From contig MNCI01001817.1 of NCBI GenBank assembly GCA_015680685.1, forward strand, positions 842,828 through 906,827: a stretch of 64,000 bases of DNA. Direction: 5' to 3'. The translations under genes were made by a program, and so were the position numbers. The stretch's first letter is position 1; each line of letters opens with the position of its first letter. The notes under the pieces were generated by a model. That model was not told the DNA's origin and ran no database searches. It worked only from the letters and a program-made list of their open reading frames with translations. The stretch is from Gnetum montanum. Taxonomy: Eukaryota; Plantae; Gnetophyta. Below, in pieces: positions 36,400 to 51,900 of the stretch.

Positions 36400-39178
36400 T
36401 TTACACAAATGGTAAGAAGACTTTGATTTTGATAAAGCAAAAAAAATATTTTGAAGATTTGAATTAAGTTCTCCAATTTGCCTATGGTTTTTTCCCTCTA
36501 ATCACAAATATTGCTAGTATGATCAAGAAAGTGTTGTTTTTAGAAAAACAAAATGGTTTTTGTGTTGGGCCAACTTGAAGGGTTTGAGTAGAACTAGATT
36601 TAAGCAAGGAACTTCTACCTTTTATTAAGTTGATATGCAAAAGAAAGATTTTGGAACAAAAAATTTCTGAGATTATCCTTTCTAATATATGTTTTTATTG
36701 CCATGAGTCATTTCACAAGGTTTTTAACTCTTACAAACTAATTGCCAAAAGAGTTGCCAAAGTTAAATTAGCAAAAGAAATTAAGGAAGCAAAAGTTGCT
36801 TTAAAAATTTTGAAAAAAAGGAATTGAAAGTTCTTTAAATAAACTCCCAAGAAAGCAGTTGAATCCTCAAGAAGATAAAAGGACAAAAGTTAAGGTAGTG
36901 TTGAGAGAGAAAAGGTACCACCTTCGAATTCTATTGTCTAAGACACCTCTCAAGTTCCTAAGAACAATAGAATGATTTTTGGAGATTCTCATACATAGAG
37001 GAAAGGAAGTAATACATTGTATGCAAAAATTCTAAAGTGTAATAGCTAAGTAAGGCAATGTCAAAGAAGAGAGAGAATGTACCATCTTCGAATTCTACTA
37101 TCCAAGAAGGATCTCAAGTTCCAAAGAATGATACAATGATTTTAGGAGGTTCTCATACATAGAGGAAAGGAAGTAACATATCATATGCAAGAATGCTAAA
37201 GTGTAAAAGCACAAGAACTCTAGAGAATATTACTCATTAAAATCATAAGTTAATTGTTTCTAATTTTTGAGCAAGTTAATCTTTTTTATTTTGTCATGGA
37301 TATTTAAAGAACAAAGCAAGTTGGGCACTGTGGCCTCATGAAGTTCATCTTTTAGAATGTTTAGGAATTGTCAAACCCTAATGATAAACAATTGTTTAAA
37401 ATCATTATCAAAATTCTAATTGTTTGTATCTTTAAGAAGTTAAAACTAAGTGATTTTAATTTAACCTATGCAACTCATTTTTTTAATGCCTAGAGGAAGG
37501 TACCTTTTTTACAAATCATGAGGTTAAAAGAAGGGGTGTTTTTCTTTGTGTTGTTCACAAGTATTTTGCTTGCTCCAATGATTCTAGTTCTATTTTAAGA
37601 ACTAGAGATGATTGGATTTACTAAGATATTTTTGGTTTAATTTTTGGTAAATGTAATATATATATTTCATGTAAATTCCAAGAAAGAGCTTTGCATAAGT
37701 CTCAACTTAACAATGATCTTCCTAATTTTTTTTTGATTATTTGTGATGATTTTAACATGTCAAACATTGATTTTGATAAAATAGAAGGGATCATTGTACG
37801 TTTCAACAAGATGAATGGAGAGCTTGGTCTTCTTGTAGGAACAAGTTTGCACTTTCAAATCCTAATATTGGTGGAAATAATAGAGATCCAAGTTGGTTTA
37901 CTTGGTCTAACTATAGAGCTAGTTTGCTAAGAATATTTTATAGATTAAATAGAGCTTATTTTTTTGTTTTCTCTCATTTATGTTATGAGTCTTAGCACAA
38001 TTTATTTATTCAAGGACATTGAGAATGCACTCTTTTAGATCACCTAACTATCAAGTTTTCAAATCAAAGAAAAAGCCATGTGAATCTTCCCTCTAAGCTA
38101 TTTATTGCCAATACTACATTTTTATCTAATAAAAATTGTAAGAGGTTCTTTTATCATATTCCAAGACCAATAAATTCTAATGGCTTCATTAAATGGTGAA
38201 AAATGCTATTATTCACACTATGAAATTTTTCAAACATTTTGGTAAATGCTTAGCTAAAACATTTCAAGTTGTTATTCTTAAATTTAGGCAAAAATTCATC
38301 AACTTATAAAATATTTGTCTCATACCCCTCGTGATAAAAGTGTTTAATAGTAACTCATGAGTCTTTAATAACAACAAAAGATTTTTAAAAACCACAAGGC
38401 TCAAGGTGATTTACTTCAAAAGAATTCTTCAAGTTTTTAAAAAGTCTTAAATTGAGTGATCAAATTGATGAAATTCATGTTAATGATGAGATTTTCTTTA
38501 GTTCTATGGATATTTTAAATATTTTCTTTGATTATTATTTAGATGTGTTTACTTTACAAGGTATTGATAAACACATTCTAGATTTTTGCATATATGTAAC
38601 TCCCCCTTATTCTTAGTCTATTTTGAAAGAGTATGACATATTAACAATGTAGGATTTTAAAGAACTTCTTTTCTCTATGGGTAATGGAAAATCTTCTAGT
38701 CTAAAGGGTCTACATGTAAGTTTTAAAAGGAATTTTGAGATGATATTGTTGTTGATTTTCTCAACTTGTATAGAGAAGCTCTTTCTACAGGTTCTCTTTG
38801 CCAAATGATTAATCAATGTTTGATAAAACTCATTCTAATGTTAGGTAACAAATTTGATATCACTAATTGGTTGCCTATCACATTGTTGAATGTTAGTTAT
38901 AAGATTATTACTAAGGTTCTTACTTTAAAAGTTCAAAGGTATTTGTCTCAATTTGTCAAAGAAGAACAAACAAATTTTGTTCTAGGTAAATTTATTTTGG
39001 ATAATGTTTTCATAGCTATAGAGGCAATGACTATAGCCATGGATATTAATTAGAATATTATTCTTCTAAAATTAGATTATACAAAAGTTTATGATATGAT
39101 GGAATCACCTTTTATATTGGCTATCTTACAAAAGTTAGATCTAGATTCTTCTTTTATCTCTTATGTTAAAATGTTACT
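36400..39178 (+). mobile_element. Highly decayed L1-type LINE (EN + RT), continuing at 45845-45943; 5' end approximate
   Basis: FLIICDDFNM (EN), NWLPITLLNVSYKIITKVL and KLDYTKVYD (RT). Resumes after the gypsy insertion as LSSTSTKICINN...LVRQGCPLS. Contains a roughly 163-bp tandem duplication at about 36900-37210. Confidence 0.85.
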
Positions 39179-42100
39179 TGGTTTAGGGATTCTTCTTTAG
39201 ATTTCCTTGCTCTTTCCTATGTGGATGTTTTGCATATTTTAGGCTCTGTGAAGATGTCTTGGAGGTTAAGGAGATGTCTTAGCCAAGAGTGGAGTCTTCA
39301 TAGAAGACATCTTGTTTGCAAAGGAGACTTCTCAGGGGGAACATCTTACTGATAGAGAAGATGTATTACCAAGGAGGAGACATCTTGGCTAGGGAGGAGA
39401 CATCTCCCAAAAAAAAAAATACACATCTTATCCAAAAGCTAGAATTGATAGGAGATAGCTTCCAAAGGCTACAAACGACCTATACAGTTGGGGAAGCTTC
39501 CAAATTTGTCCATCCCAATTTGGAAAATAACTAGGATAAGTTGAAGAAGGATGGAAATAGCCAAACAAAAGGTGAGAAGACCATGCAAATAGTAGAAGAA
39601 CCTCAAGTTGAGTTGAGGGAACGTTTCTAGGTTTTTTGTCTTCTTGTTGTTCATAAATTTTGATTTAATTCATAATTTTTGATACCATGAGTGAGAAAGA
39701 GAGTTTTGAAGAGAGAAGAGCTACCAAGAAAGGGTGTGAGAGTACATGAAGTGAGTGTAATTAATGATTGCAACTCCAAGGTCAATTGTGTTGTGTTGAC
39801 CTATGTGTTCTATTATCTTATGTCTTACTTATGAGTTGAGATATCAGTTCTAGGGTTTGGGAGAATCTCTTTATTGATTATGTCTTGTATTAAGAATAAC
39901 CATTGTGTGGTTGTAGAGCCTCATGCTCTACAATATCATTTGAATGTAAAAGGTTTTGTATGTTTGAGGGTTTTGGAAACCCCATTGTAATCTTCTAATT
40001 CGATAATTGAAGATATCTAGTTTTCTTATAATATCTAAATTTAGTAGTTGAATGTGATTAATTATTATAGTGAACTTGCTCCAACGTTATTTGTATTAGA
40101 GCCTTGTGCTTATTAGAGCTTTGTGTTGATTAGAGTTTTGAAGTTTTGTGTTTATTGTTTCTTGGATTTGATTGAGAAATTTTGTCTAGTTTAGATGACA
40201 CCCAAGAAGAAATAGATTCAAGCCTTAAATAAATACATGAAGAGCATGAAGTCTGCCTTCTAGATGATGGTTGCTCAATTGGATGAAATTAACAAAAAGG
40301 TAGACAAGAATATTGGTCTTAGCCATATCTAGACACATGGAGGTGATGAGCATGCGTGTTCAGATGAAGAATTTTAACAACCAAGTGGAGACGAAGGAAA
40401 ATCCAACTATGGGAATATAGAAAATCATCAACCAAGGATTCCAATGAGAGAAAATCTTATTTCTCATATGAGAAGTCCAAGGGCTTCAACTATGGTAAAT
40501 ACTTCTTCTCCAAGCAAGCTTGATGAGGAAGATGAGACAAGGCTTACTAGAGCATTTAGAAATGCTATAAGACTTCCATACATTGAGTTGAATACTTTCA
40601 ATAGTGTAAATGATACCAATGATTTTGCAAGTTGGTTGAAGGCACTTGAGAAGCATTTTCAATTGGAAGAGGTATCAAATAACTTAAGGGTACCTATTCC
40701 TAAATCTAGATTAGAAGGTATGGCTTCTACTTGGTGGGAAAAGGAGTTCTAGGGTTATGAAAGATGAAATAATCATCACATTAAAGATTGGGATCTAATG
40801 AAATATAGGTTGAAAAGAAAATTTAAATAGTCTCATTAGAGACAAGAGACTATTATGAAGTTGAAATTCCTGAGGCAAGATGACCAGGATGTCAAAGAAT
40901 TTTACATTGAATTTTGGCATCTATTCCATCAAGCTAAGGTAAACTAGGAGGAATATGAACATGTTTCAATCTTTTTAGGAGGACTCAAAATGGTGTACTA
41001 GTAGGAGTTATCTTTTTACAAGCCACAAACTCTTGATGATGCTTATGATTTGGTACTCAAGGTTGAGAAGAAATCAAGTGGATTTGGAAACAAGAGCAAA
41101 CAAACTTCTAAGGGGAAGGAGAAGGGATCTAAATTCGAAAAAGAATCCAAATACAAAATTGAAGACAAGGATAGAAATCATGAAAAGAAGACTGAAAGAG
41201 GTGATGAGAAGGACAAAGCTAAGGAGGACCAAGGCAAGGGAGGTAAGGATCAAGTCAGTAGCTTATCAAAAATCCATTGCTTCAAGTGTGAAGAATGGAA
41301 ACACAAGAAATGATAATGACCAATTCACAATGTAGCCAAAGGCAAAGATGTGCAAATTAGGGAGGTGGAGGAAACATCAAGCTAGAATCTTTATAGAGGA
41401 AATCCAAATGCTCTAAAAATTGAGAAAGTCTTTGAATTAAATTCTTGTGCATTCATGGGAAATGTGAATAGAGGATATCACCCTAATAAAAAGTAGTTAT
41501 TTTGGATTGGGAGTAAATGCTTACTTAGTGGGGAATGAATTTGTATTTTGATTGATGGGGAAGCCCTAGAAAATGTCATTTCTTCTAGGATAGTTGCTAG
41601 ATTGGGTTTAGTAACCAACCCTTATCCTAGACCCTATAAAGTGCATTAGTTATCTAGAGATTTTTCCCAAGGGGTAAGGGAGCAATGTATTTTAAAATTT
41701 AAAATTGGATGTTTTCATGATGTTGTGACCTATGATGTACTTCCAATAGATTGTACTAATGTAATTATTGGTAGACCTTGGATTTTGACAAGGATGCTTA
41801 GTTTGATAGAGCAAGAAACATGTAGAGTTTAGCTAGATCTGATGAAATCCATGAGTTGATTTTAATAATAACTAAACAAGTAAGGTAGCAAAGCTTACTT
41901 TATGCTTCCTTAATCCTTCTAGGAGAGAAGGAATATATTAAAGACAATGATTAAATTAGTTTTAGTTTTGACCTTATGACAATAGTTACTACTAACCATG
42001 ATGATGTGCAAGTTGAACTTCCTACAAGTATACTAGGCTTGAGGGAGAAATTTCCTAAGGTATTAAAGGAGGAATTGGATGGATTTTCACCAATGAATAA

Positions 42101-45100
42101 TGTCCAACATCATATTAATTTTATTCCTGGTTCTATCATATCAAATAATAGAGCTTACTAGATGGGATCAAATCAGTGAGTTAAATTGCAAATTCAAGTA
42201 GAGGAGTTACTTGCATATGGCTTCATGAGGGAATCTATTTTACCTTGTGTAGTTCTAATGGTGCTAGTGCCAAAGAAGGACATCGATGAATGGAAGATGT
42301 ACATTGATTCTAGGATAGTGAACAGGATAATAGTGAGGTACTGGTTTCCTAATCCAAGGATAGATGATATCCTTGATGTTTTTACGAATGTAGAGATTTT
42401 TAGCAAAATTGATGTAAAGAGTGGATACTATCAAATTAGAATTAGAACTAGTGATGAATGGAAGATAACTTTCAAGATACTAGATGGATTGTTTGAGTGG
42501 TTGGTGATGCCAGTTGAGCTCATGAATGCACCTGCTACATTCATGAGGTTGATGCATGATGTATTAAAGGACTTGATTAGTAACTATTGTATTGTTTTTT
42601 TTTAAACAAGATTTTGGTATATAGCTCTAATGAGAAAGAGCATGTGGATCACTTCAGAATGGTACATCTTAAGTTGGAGGAGGTATAGTTAGAGATTAAT
42701 GTGAAGAAAGGTCATTTCTTCAAGAAAATAATCATATATTTGGGACATGTGATTTCTAAAAACTAAATTTAGATGAAAGCTATCAAGATGAAGGCTATTA
42801 GGGATTTTTTCTAAGAATGTTGGAAAGGTAAGATCATTCCTTGGTTTAGTAAGTTTTTATAGATGGTTCATAAAAAATTTTAGTTGTATTTCATTATCTA
42901 TATTTGCTTTGTTTAAGAAAAATAAATATTTCAGGTGGGATAATGAAATCCAATGAAGCTTTGACTTGTTGAAAGCAAAGATTACCAATGAATTTATGCT
43001 TACAATTTCAGATTTTTAGAAGATTTTTTAGATGGATGCAAGTGGACTTGCCATTGGTGGGGCACTTTCATAAGAGGGTAGGCATGTTGCTTTATTTTTA
43101 GAAAAGTTGAATGAGTTAAGGAAAAAATATAGCTTATATGAGGAGTTGTACACTATTCTTTAAGAAATAAAGCATTGGAGGCATTACTTATTGTTCAAGA
43201 AGTTCACTTTGATGAAGAACCACAAAGCACTACTTTCTAGACTCTTAAAAGAAGTTGAGTGAAAAACACATGAAGTGGATTGCGCAATTTTTTGTTGAAG
43301 CAGAAAAGTGGAAAAGCCAATGTGTTGGTTGATGCATTGTCCAAGGTGCATGTGGTTAATTTTAGTGTACCTCATGTGGAAAGTATGGGTAAATTTGCTT
43401 CTTTGTATGAGCATGATGATGATTTAAGCTTGGATGAGCCTCAAAGAGCCATTGATGAGTAAGATAGACTAGTAGAGGGTTTATCATATTCAAGATGAAC
43501 TATTATTTAAGAATTGGAAAGGTATGTGTTCCTAATTGTGATTTTAGAAAAAATATTTTGTTTGAAAAGCACTATAGTGGCATGGTAGGTCACATGGGCA
43601 GGGATAAAACATTGGAACTTCTAAGTAGGTACTATTTTTAGCATGGTAGAGCAACTAAAGTTTCAAAATTTGTAAGGAGTGCTTGACTTGTTAGAAATTC
43701 AAAGGAGGTAAAGGAGTGGATGGACATTATATTCCTTTGCCAATTCCCAAGGATACATTGGAAAGTATGTCCATGGATTTTGTGAGTGGTAGTCCAAAAA
43801 CTAAAAGTGGGAATGATGTAATTTTTTTATTATAGACAAGTTTTCCAAGATAGCGCATTTCATTTTGTGCAAGAAGATGAGTGATGCTTCTTATGCTACA
43901 AATTTGTTTTCCAACATTTTGTGAATTTGCATGGAATTCCTTTGAATATTGTTATTGACAGAGACTCCAAATTCATGAGTTACTTTTGGAGATCCCTTTG
44001 GAAAATTTTAGGGACAAAGTTAATTTTTTCTAGTGCATATCCTCTATAATTTGATGGCCAAATGGAGGTGGTAAATAAATCCCTGCGAAACATATTGAGA
44101 TGTTTGTATGATGGATAGCCAAATAGGTGGAAAAACTTGTTGTGTCATGTTGAATTTTCATGTAATAATGCTCATCATATTACTATTGACAAAAGTCCAT
44201 TTGAGGTGAACCATGGGTTTTCCAAAGATGATGGAGACTTTAAAGAGCTTTGATGATGAAGCTCAACTTAGTGTTGATTTTTTGTAAGAGATGAGGGATC
44301 TCTCTGCACAAGTTAAATCAAATTTGGAGAGAAAGGCTGAAGAGAGAGTCCTCAAGAGAAATGAGGCAAATAGAAGTCAAATTTTGTTGTAGGTGACTTG
44401 ATTTGGGTGTACTTGAAGAAGAAGAGGTTGGGAAGAAGAGGTTGGGAGGTGTAAACTTCTCTAAACTCAAAGCTAAGAAGATGGATCCTTTTAGAATCAA
44501 GGCTAAAATTAATTATACTAATTTTGAAATTGACTTACCCAATGATGTTGGTATGTCTTTTGTATTTAATGTTGTAGATCTTGTATACTACCATCGACCT
44601 ATTGATGAGGAGACCATACAAGGTAGCATTGGTGAGTTGAAGAGGGCTATTGAGTGGTCCAAGCCTTCAAGAGAGAGGAAGGCTATAATACTCAAGCAAA
44701 GAGAAGCTTTAAGCACTTGGGGAATGAAGAGGCACAAGTACTTAGTCCATTGAGAGGACCAAACTATTAATGATGTTGTACAGATCCATGAGATCAAACT
44801 TGTAGATGGGGAATCACTTCTACCCCTATGCCATGGTTCACCTGAGTTCACTTTTTGAAGGGTGGAAGAGCTAGTGTAGGAACATCTCTTCTGATTCTCT
44901 TGCTCTTTCCTACATGCATGTTTTATAGGTTTTTGGCTCTATGGAAATGTCTTGGAGTTCAAGGAGATATCTTGGCTAGGAGTGGAGTCTTCATAGAAGA
45001 CATTTTGGATCTAGCAGGAGACATCTTGAAATTGGAGGAGATGTCTTGCCTTCATAGGAGACATCTTGGGGTAGACATCTTGTTGATAGAGAAGACATCT

Positions 45101-45844
45101 TGCTAACAAGGAGATGTCTTGGTCAAGAAGGAGACATCTCTCAAAACTAGTAGATATCTCATCTAAAAGCTGGAATTAATAGGATACATCTTTCAAAGTC
45201 TAGAGATGACTTGTACAACTAAGGAAACTTCCAAATTTGTCCATTCCAATTCAAAAAACAATTGGGCTAAGTTGGAGAAGGATGGAAATAGCCGGAGAGA
45301 AGGTGAAAAGATAATGAAACCAACATAAGGACCTCAATTTGAGTTAAGGGAAGGTTTCTAGGTTTCTTATCCGCTTGTTGTTTATAAATATTGATGTAAT
45401 TCACAATTATTAGTACCATGAGTAAGAAAGAGACCTCTAGAGAGAGGAGAGTTAGAAAGAGAAGGTGTGAGAACACATTGAAGGATTATAATTGGTAATT
45501 GCAACTCCAAGATCAATTATGTGGTGTGTTGGCCTATGTGTTCTATTCTCTTATGTCTTACTTGTGAGTTGAGATCTGAATTCCAAGGTGTGGGAGAATC
45601 TCTTAATTGGTTGCATCTCACATTGAGAACAACCATTGTGTGATTGTAAAGCCTCATGCTCTATAATGTTGTTTGAGTTTGAAAGGTTTTGGATGTTTGA
45701 GGATTTTGGGAACCTTGTTATAATCTTCTAATTGAATAATTCAAGATAGCTAGTTTTCTTGTTTTCTAGCAAAAGTTATTATCTTTTCATAATATTTGGA
45801 TTTAGTAGTTGAAGATGATTAATTACTAGAGTGAACCTAATCCA
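39179..45844 (+). mobile_element. Full-length decayed Ty3/gypsy chromovirus (CRM-like)
   Basis: LTRs at 39179-40083 and 44872-45844, TSD TTACT, degenerate Met PBS near 40091, PPT GAAGGGTGGAAGAG. Order gag, PR (DVLPIDCTNVIIGRPW), RT (FSKIDVKSGYYQIRI), RH, INT, then a chromodomain-like KYLVH tail. Confidence 0.93.
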
Positions 45845-45943
45845 TTACTTTCCTCTACTAGTACCAAGATATGCATTAACAACAGCTATTCCTCTATTAT
45901 CACTCTTCAAAGATTAGTTAGGCAAGGTTGTCCTCTTTCTTCT

Positions 45944-48900
45944 TAATGAGTGGCGAGGTACCCCTACACTCAACCATACTAATACAATCATTTCACGCAC
46001 GATCCAGTCAAACTCCGCATACGGACTAGTTGTGGTATCCAGATAGTTATTCGTAGGTTGTAGTTCACTATCTTCCCACCTAGACTAGTATTAACTTTTT
46101 CACGTATGGTTTAGTCCATAGTGAGGTGTATGATGTGTTCCTACACTTATGCTACTTCGAAGTATGATGGGAAATAAGATTAACTAAGCTAAGAGAGAGG
46201 GTAAGAGAGAATCTAACTAGCCTACGTGCGATGAGCATCCGTTCCTTAATCATTCGTACACATCTTGGACCTTGTGCACAACTACCACTGGGATTACCAA
46301 GCGTATGGCCTACGTACGCTACTGGGTTATCAAGTAGTGACACCTAAATGCTCATGATTAAGTCGTACTCATTCCGTGTTTAAAAGGAGATAAGAGTAGA
46401 GAGATATTAACTAAGAAAGCAATAAATAACAATAACAATGACAATTAATTAAATAATTAGGCTAAGTGAATGCTACAATGATGAAGTAATCTCGATCTTT
46501 ATTTCTGGTCATGTGTGTGTCCAAGTACGTCACACTCGAATAAGGATGCCATACAATTACAATCACCATACTGCAGACATGCATTGGGAGGAAAGACTTG
46601 AGAGAGGAACTACTTTAAACTTAACACTAAAACTTCAAAAATTGCCTACCAGATCTATCTACCTCTTATGTATAGATGAGGAGACAGGTTGTGATATTGC
46701 TTACGCGATATCACGGCTACAATATCGTGGCCAACAAAATGATAACTCATCATACCCCCACGACTGAATGAAAACTCGTCCTCGAGTTACAATGAGGATA
46801 AGCTCTATTGATTACACAATGGATAGGTATGGGATTATTGACTCATGAAAATGGGTTTATGCCATAGTGTGGAATCAAAAAAAAATTAAGACACATCACA
46901 AAGAATGCAAAAGAAAATCCTATAACTACAAAATTGATGGAACTCATGTAGTTCCTGGTGGTGGTCGCTCCTCCATGGGTGCCTTTCACTTATCTTGTGC
47001 TTCAGGTCTTGTGACTTGATGGCATTGAAGTATGGCCTAGAGTTTCTCCTCTTCAGTTTGGGGATCTTGTGCTGTCCATGCTAATGTTCCAATGTTTGAT
47101 GGAGTTGGCACCTCCCATGAGCAGGGTAATTGTGGAAACATTTTGTTTGCCTTGACATACCAAGCCGCAAATACCCGCCGTTCCTCCTCATAGGCTTTGG
47201 CTTTGTCTCTGTATTCTTGGAAATTTGCAAGCCGTCGAGCCATGTCTATTTTGAGACCTTTTTGTCCCTGGTAGCTTGCTTTAACCACCTTAAGTTCAAA
47301 ATTTGCAATCTCTAGTTTTTGCAATATCTTCTTGCGTTTTGCAAATTCTATTTCATATTTGATGTAGGTGGTGGCTACTTATTGCTCGAGTTCTATTCTT
47401 GGGTGCCCTGCTATTAATTAACATGGCAAGGTTGGCATACTATAGGTTTGCCAACTCCATATATTCTATAAGATCCCAGATCTACAGGTCCCGGTTCTTA
47501 ACTTCCGCCTGGTGGGCAAATGCATAAGTGTCCAATATGGCCCCCCAGTCAGTGTGTTGAGCATTGATAGCGTTGATGTGGGCCTTGGCCATATGGATCT
47601 CTTTCTCAATGATTTGTTTATACATCCACACCTAGTCTCAGAAGTGCTCCTTTAGCTTTTCATGCCATTTAGCCTCATTCTGCCATGCAGTTATTTCAAT
47701 AGTTGTCTTTTGGTGGATGGCACGTACCTCCTCCATTGAGAGGGTTCGATTTTCCCTAGCTAAATGGTTTATGTCCTGGTTGACCCAGATGAGTTATTCT
47801 CGTAACTGCTAAAAATGTTCTTTGAGAACATTCTTCTGCTTTTCCATAGAGGTCAACCGAAGGTTGTCAGCAACAAGCTTCTCGTTTTCCTCTTGTAAGG
47901 CCTTGAGTGCCTTGATATGTGCATAAGTTTGCACTTGTGCTGCAGAGGCATCCCAAATAGCCTTCTCTTTTTCTTTTTTCACCTTCTTATTCTCTATCAA
48001 TAATTTGGTTAGTTGCTCAGTTTTGAAAGTGTCCAGCTGGTTTGCGAGAACAAATTGCAAAGGATCCTGCTGTGCTACTTGTAGGGCTACAAGCCTTTCT
48101 TGTAATTTTTGCACCTGTGCTTCAGCATGCTTGGCCCTCATCTCTATCAAGACCAGCTTCCCCTTGGTGGAAATGAGGTCTGATTGAATTGCCATAACAT
48201 CCTAAGGGATGTCAAACATGGACATCATTACCTATCCTGTTTGTAGCAATCGATCAAGTACATCCTCATGTTCCATAGGAGTCATTAAGGTTTCGACTAG
48301 AGTTTGAGCACCCTATGCTCCTGTAAGGTCTGCTGGTGGCACAACAAGTACATTGAATGATTCCTTAATGTGGTCTATGACCACATTTGTGACTCCTGCT
48401 ACATCTTGGTGCTGCATAACCACCACTGTGTCCCCTTCACCAGTTTCTAATTGCACTTGAAAAGATGCAGCGTTCCCTGAGATCTATTGTGACCAAGTGC
48501 TCTCCTCTCCTTCTATATGGATGGACACATCTCCCCTTGTGTGATCCAAAAAAATTGTGGGCTGTATGGCATCGTTGATGACGTGGAAGAGATTTGCATC
48601 ATCACGACTTCCCCAACTGACCATCTCAGCGATGGCCTAAAGATGGCTCATTGACGATCTGTAATCTTGTGGTGGTGGTGGTTAATCTTGGCCCATGCTA
48701 GGCCCTACTTCTTGTTGTTGGTTGGGTCTCGTACTTGGAAGTTGGCTAGGTCCTACAAGTTAAGTTGTAGTTGGCCCTGCTGTTTGTTCCTTTTCTTGTT
48801 CTAGCCCCAGTGTCTCACCAGTGATTTTTCTTACAGCTAGTGGCTTTAGCAGTTCAGCATATGAAGCATTTTGGGCTTTTCGGAGGACATCATTGGTGTA

Positions 48901-51900
48901 TCCTTTGATGCTAGCACGTCTTCACAGCTTCCTAATAAGACAAGGGAAGGGCAACGCAAGCTTCCCTATCTTCCGTTCTTCAAACCACCTCAGGAACTCT
49001 ATAAAATATAGATGAGGCAGGTTAACATTAACCTTTCCCATCAATACTACACATCCCCTTGCTACATATGTTGAAATTATTTATAAGCCCTTCGTGGGGA
49101 AGAGGTGATAAGTTCCAATTTTGAAATAGATCCTCTCCTCCATCGTCAACTCTCCAAACATCGTATCCTCCTTGCCATATGCCCTTTCCAACCAAACTCT
49201 TCGTGCATCAGGGTCTAAACGGGTAGACAACTGAGCAACATTTGGGCCTGTATTTGAAAGGTTTAATACTTTTGAAATGGCTTGAACAAAGAAATCGACT
49301 GTCACACCACAAATGTTAACCGTGGTGCCTTGTTCTCTATTGTGCTAGAATTGGTATGTTTCCCCTAAGTACCAATCACTACTTTCAGAGAGGATAGGCC
49401 ATAATGGGGATCCTTTGAGGTGATCCCTAATAGCCTCTAAAGCTAACTCTGTGAAAGGTTTAAAATTTAATTCTACAATCACCATAGTGAATGTGGACCT
49501 TTCATGGATAGTCTGAACACAATCTTGGGGCACGTGAGATGTTGTTCCTATTTAGGTGCTATTGCAGCTCCTCCTTCTGCCTGTCTTGATTGTACAGTAG
49601 TAGGGTCTTCTTGGTGAATGGTAAATGATTGTTCCTCCTACTCTGCATGTTGTTCAGCAGGAACTTGTCCTTCGCCTCTCCTAGGTCATTTGCTCCCACC
49701 TTGAGCAAGACCTTCCTGTGGTCTGCGTTTCGGGGCCATTTGCAATCACATGGGGCCAATCGTTAGTAAGGTTGTTTCCGAAGTTAAGTTATACCTTACT
49801 GCTTGCCTTAATGAATTTATTTTATCTCCGTGTGATGTTTCTTGAAAGATTATAATAGTGAGTCCTTTTTACTTAGGTGGTTTCAAATTTAGTTTCCCGA
49901 TATAACTAAGGGGATGAAATTATTTTTGGCACATTTATCTTTAATGTTATAACTAATTACCCTTGATAATGTCCTTCGGGCGATGAAAATTTGCAAAAAT
50001 GTTATGTGCTATTTGCCATGTGCCCCTCCCCCATGACTAAGCTGAACACTCCAGGTTCAAGTAGGTTCAGACGAAATGAAAATCAGAGGACCAGCAGGCG
50101 AGATATAGGTATGAAAGCAAGGGATGTGCAATCGCAAGTCGTAGAGAGAAATTTGAAAAACTCCCCTGCGTGAATAGTTGAAAATGATGGTAAGTGGTGT
50201 GGGGGGGTTACGTATATATAGGTTTATGTGACGCAATATCATGGCCTACTGATATTTAAGGCACAACACAATATACCAAATTTTAAGATTTTTTCTAAAA
50301 TTAACAATGTATACTAAGGACATGTGGATAAGTGTTAAAAGGTGCTAGGGTAATTTAACTAGTTCTAAAGGCACGAAGAATTATGTGTTGGTGGAATTGA
50401 CCAATAAGGGCCTCAGGTGGTAAGGGAGAGAAAAGAGCCATGTGATGGTTCATAGGAATGTTGGAATTCCAAGGGATAGTAATAAGGGAAAGAATATCGT
50501 TGAAAATACATTGAAGGTAATAGATGGTGTGTGGGAGATGTGCTATGAGTGAAAATTACAAAAATTTACACAAGTGGATCCTCCCCAAAGCAGGTTCCAA
50601 CCTATAATGCCCTTGTGTAACCACACTTAAAAGTGTCCATGGGCACTTGAAGGGTTAAATGTAATCCACACTAGCTCCACAAAACACACACATGTATCAT
50701 CGAAATGAGGTCGAAATTCTACACTACACAAGACATGAGCTACAATTACATAAACAGCGAGATGAGACGGACTATAGGAGGGATTGTAGAGATTGGGACA
50801 TGAGGTAACTGACCCAGGGCACTGTGAATCCTGCGTGTAAAGCATGATTAATGTGTCATTAACCCATCGTTCCAACATCAGGACCAAGTCCATTCTTCAA
50901 ATCAGTGACATTGCATTGTGTCATCCCATGATGAGTGACTATAAGAGTACCATAACAACAAGGCGTACGATCACTTGTCATTTTGTTCAAGGGAGGAGTG
51001 ATTTTTGCTTTTTGGCACTTTCTTTGTTTTGTTTTGTTTTCTTTCTCTTCTTTTTTTTTCGATTGCTAAATCCAGAGAAGCCACCAACCTTCAAGCATGG
51101 GTGCATGTCTTTCTAGTGGGACCCACTAGAACAACATTGGATTTTTGAGTGCCCTTTGATTACTCTTACTCCCATTTTTTGTTAGATCTACAAGGATCTT
51201 AGTACAACCACGTTGCATGATAACTCCCACAGATGTCACCAAAGAGAATCTGCAAGTTCCCTTGTTGTCACATCCTAATCATTCCCTCTTTATCCATCCT
51301 TCTTCATTTCAGGTACAATGAACAAAAAATTAATTTTAAGTTTCAAGAATGTCAAGAATATCACTGTACCCTCGAACAGAACCTCTTATTTGTAGAATGG
51401 ATGAGTGGGTGTAATGGGCTCACTGTCCAAATAATTGATCATTCGAGACTCGATAACATAGAACACACCTCAAACAACGAGCCAGATGAGAGTTTTATTC
51501 ATAGATGAGATTACTTATAAAAAGATAAAAAGACAAAAAGATAAAACAAAAAATTAAAAGATGAAAAAATGGAAAACAAAAATTGTAAAATTAAAGAAAA
51601 TGAAAAATATTTATTAATCCTGCTTGTTATTAAAATGGGGGATATCCCCCATAACCAAATGGTTGAGCATGGCAAGGATTAATAAACGAAAGATGAGGAT
51701 CCTTGCATGTTGGAAACATTGACACTTGGTCATACTTACCCCATTGGGGTTCACACACTTGATTATAGTAAGCATAGTGGGGAAATTTATAAGATGTGGT
51801 TCCCTAGTAAGGAGTTGACCCACGATGATACTTAGGACCATAAGATGGTATGCAAGGATCGGGATGGTTGTATTCATTAGAACGTATGGTTGTTGGAGTG

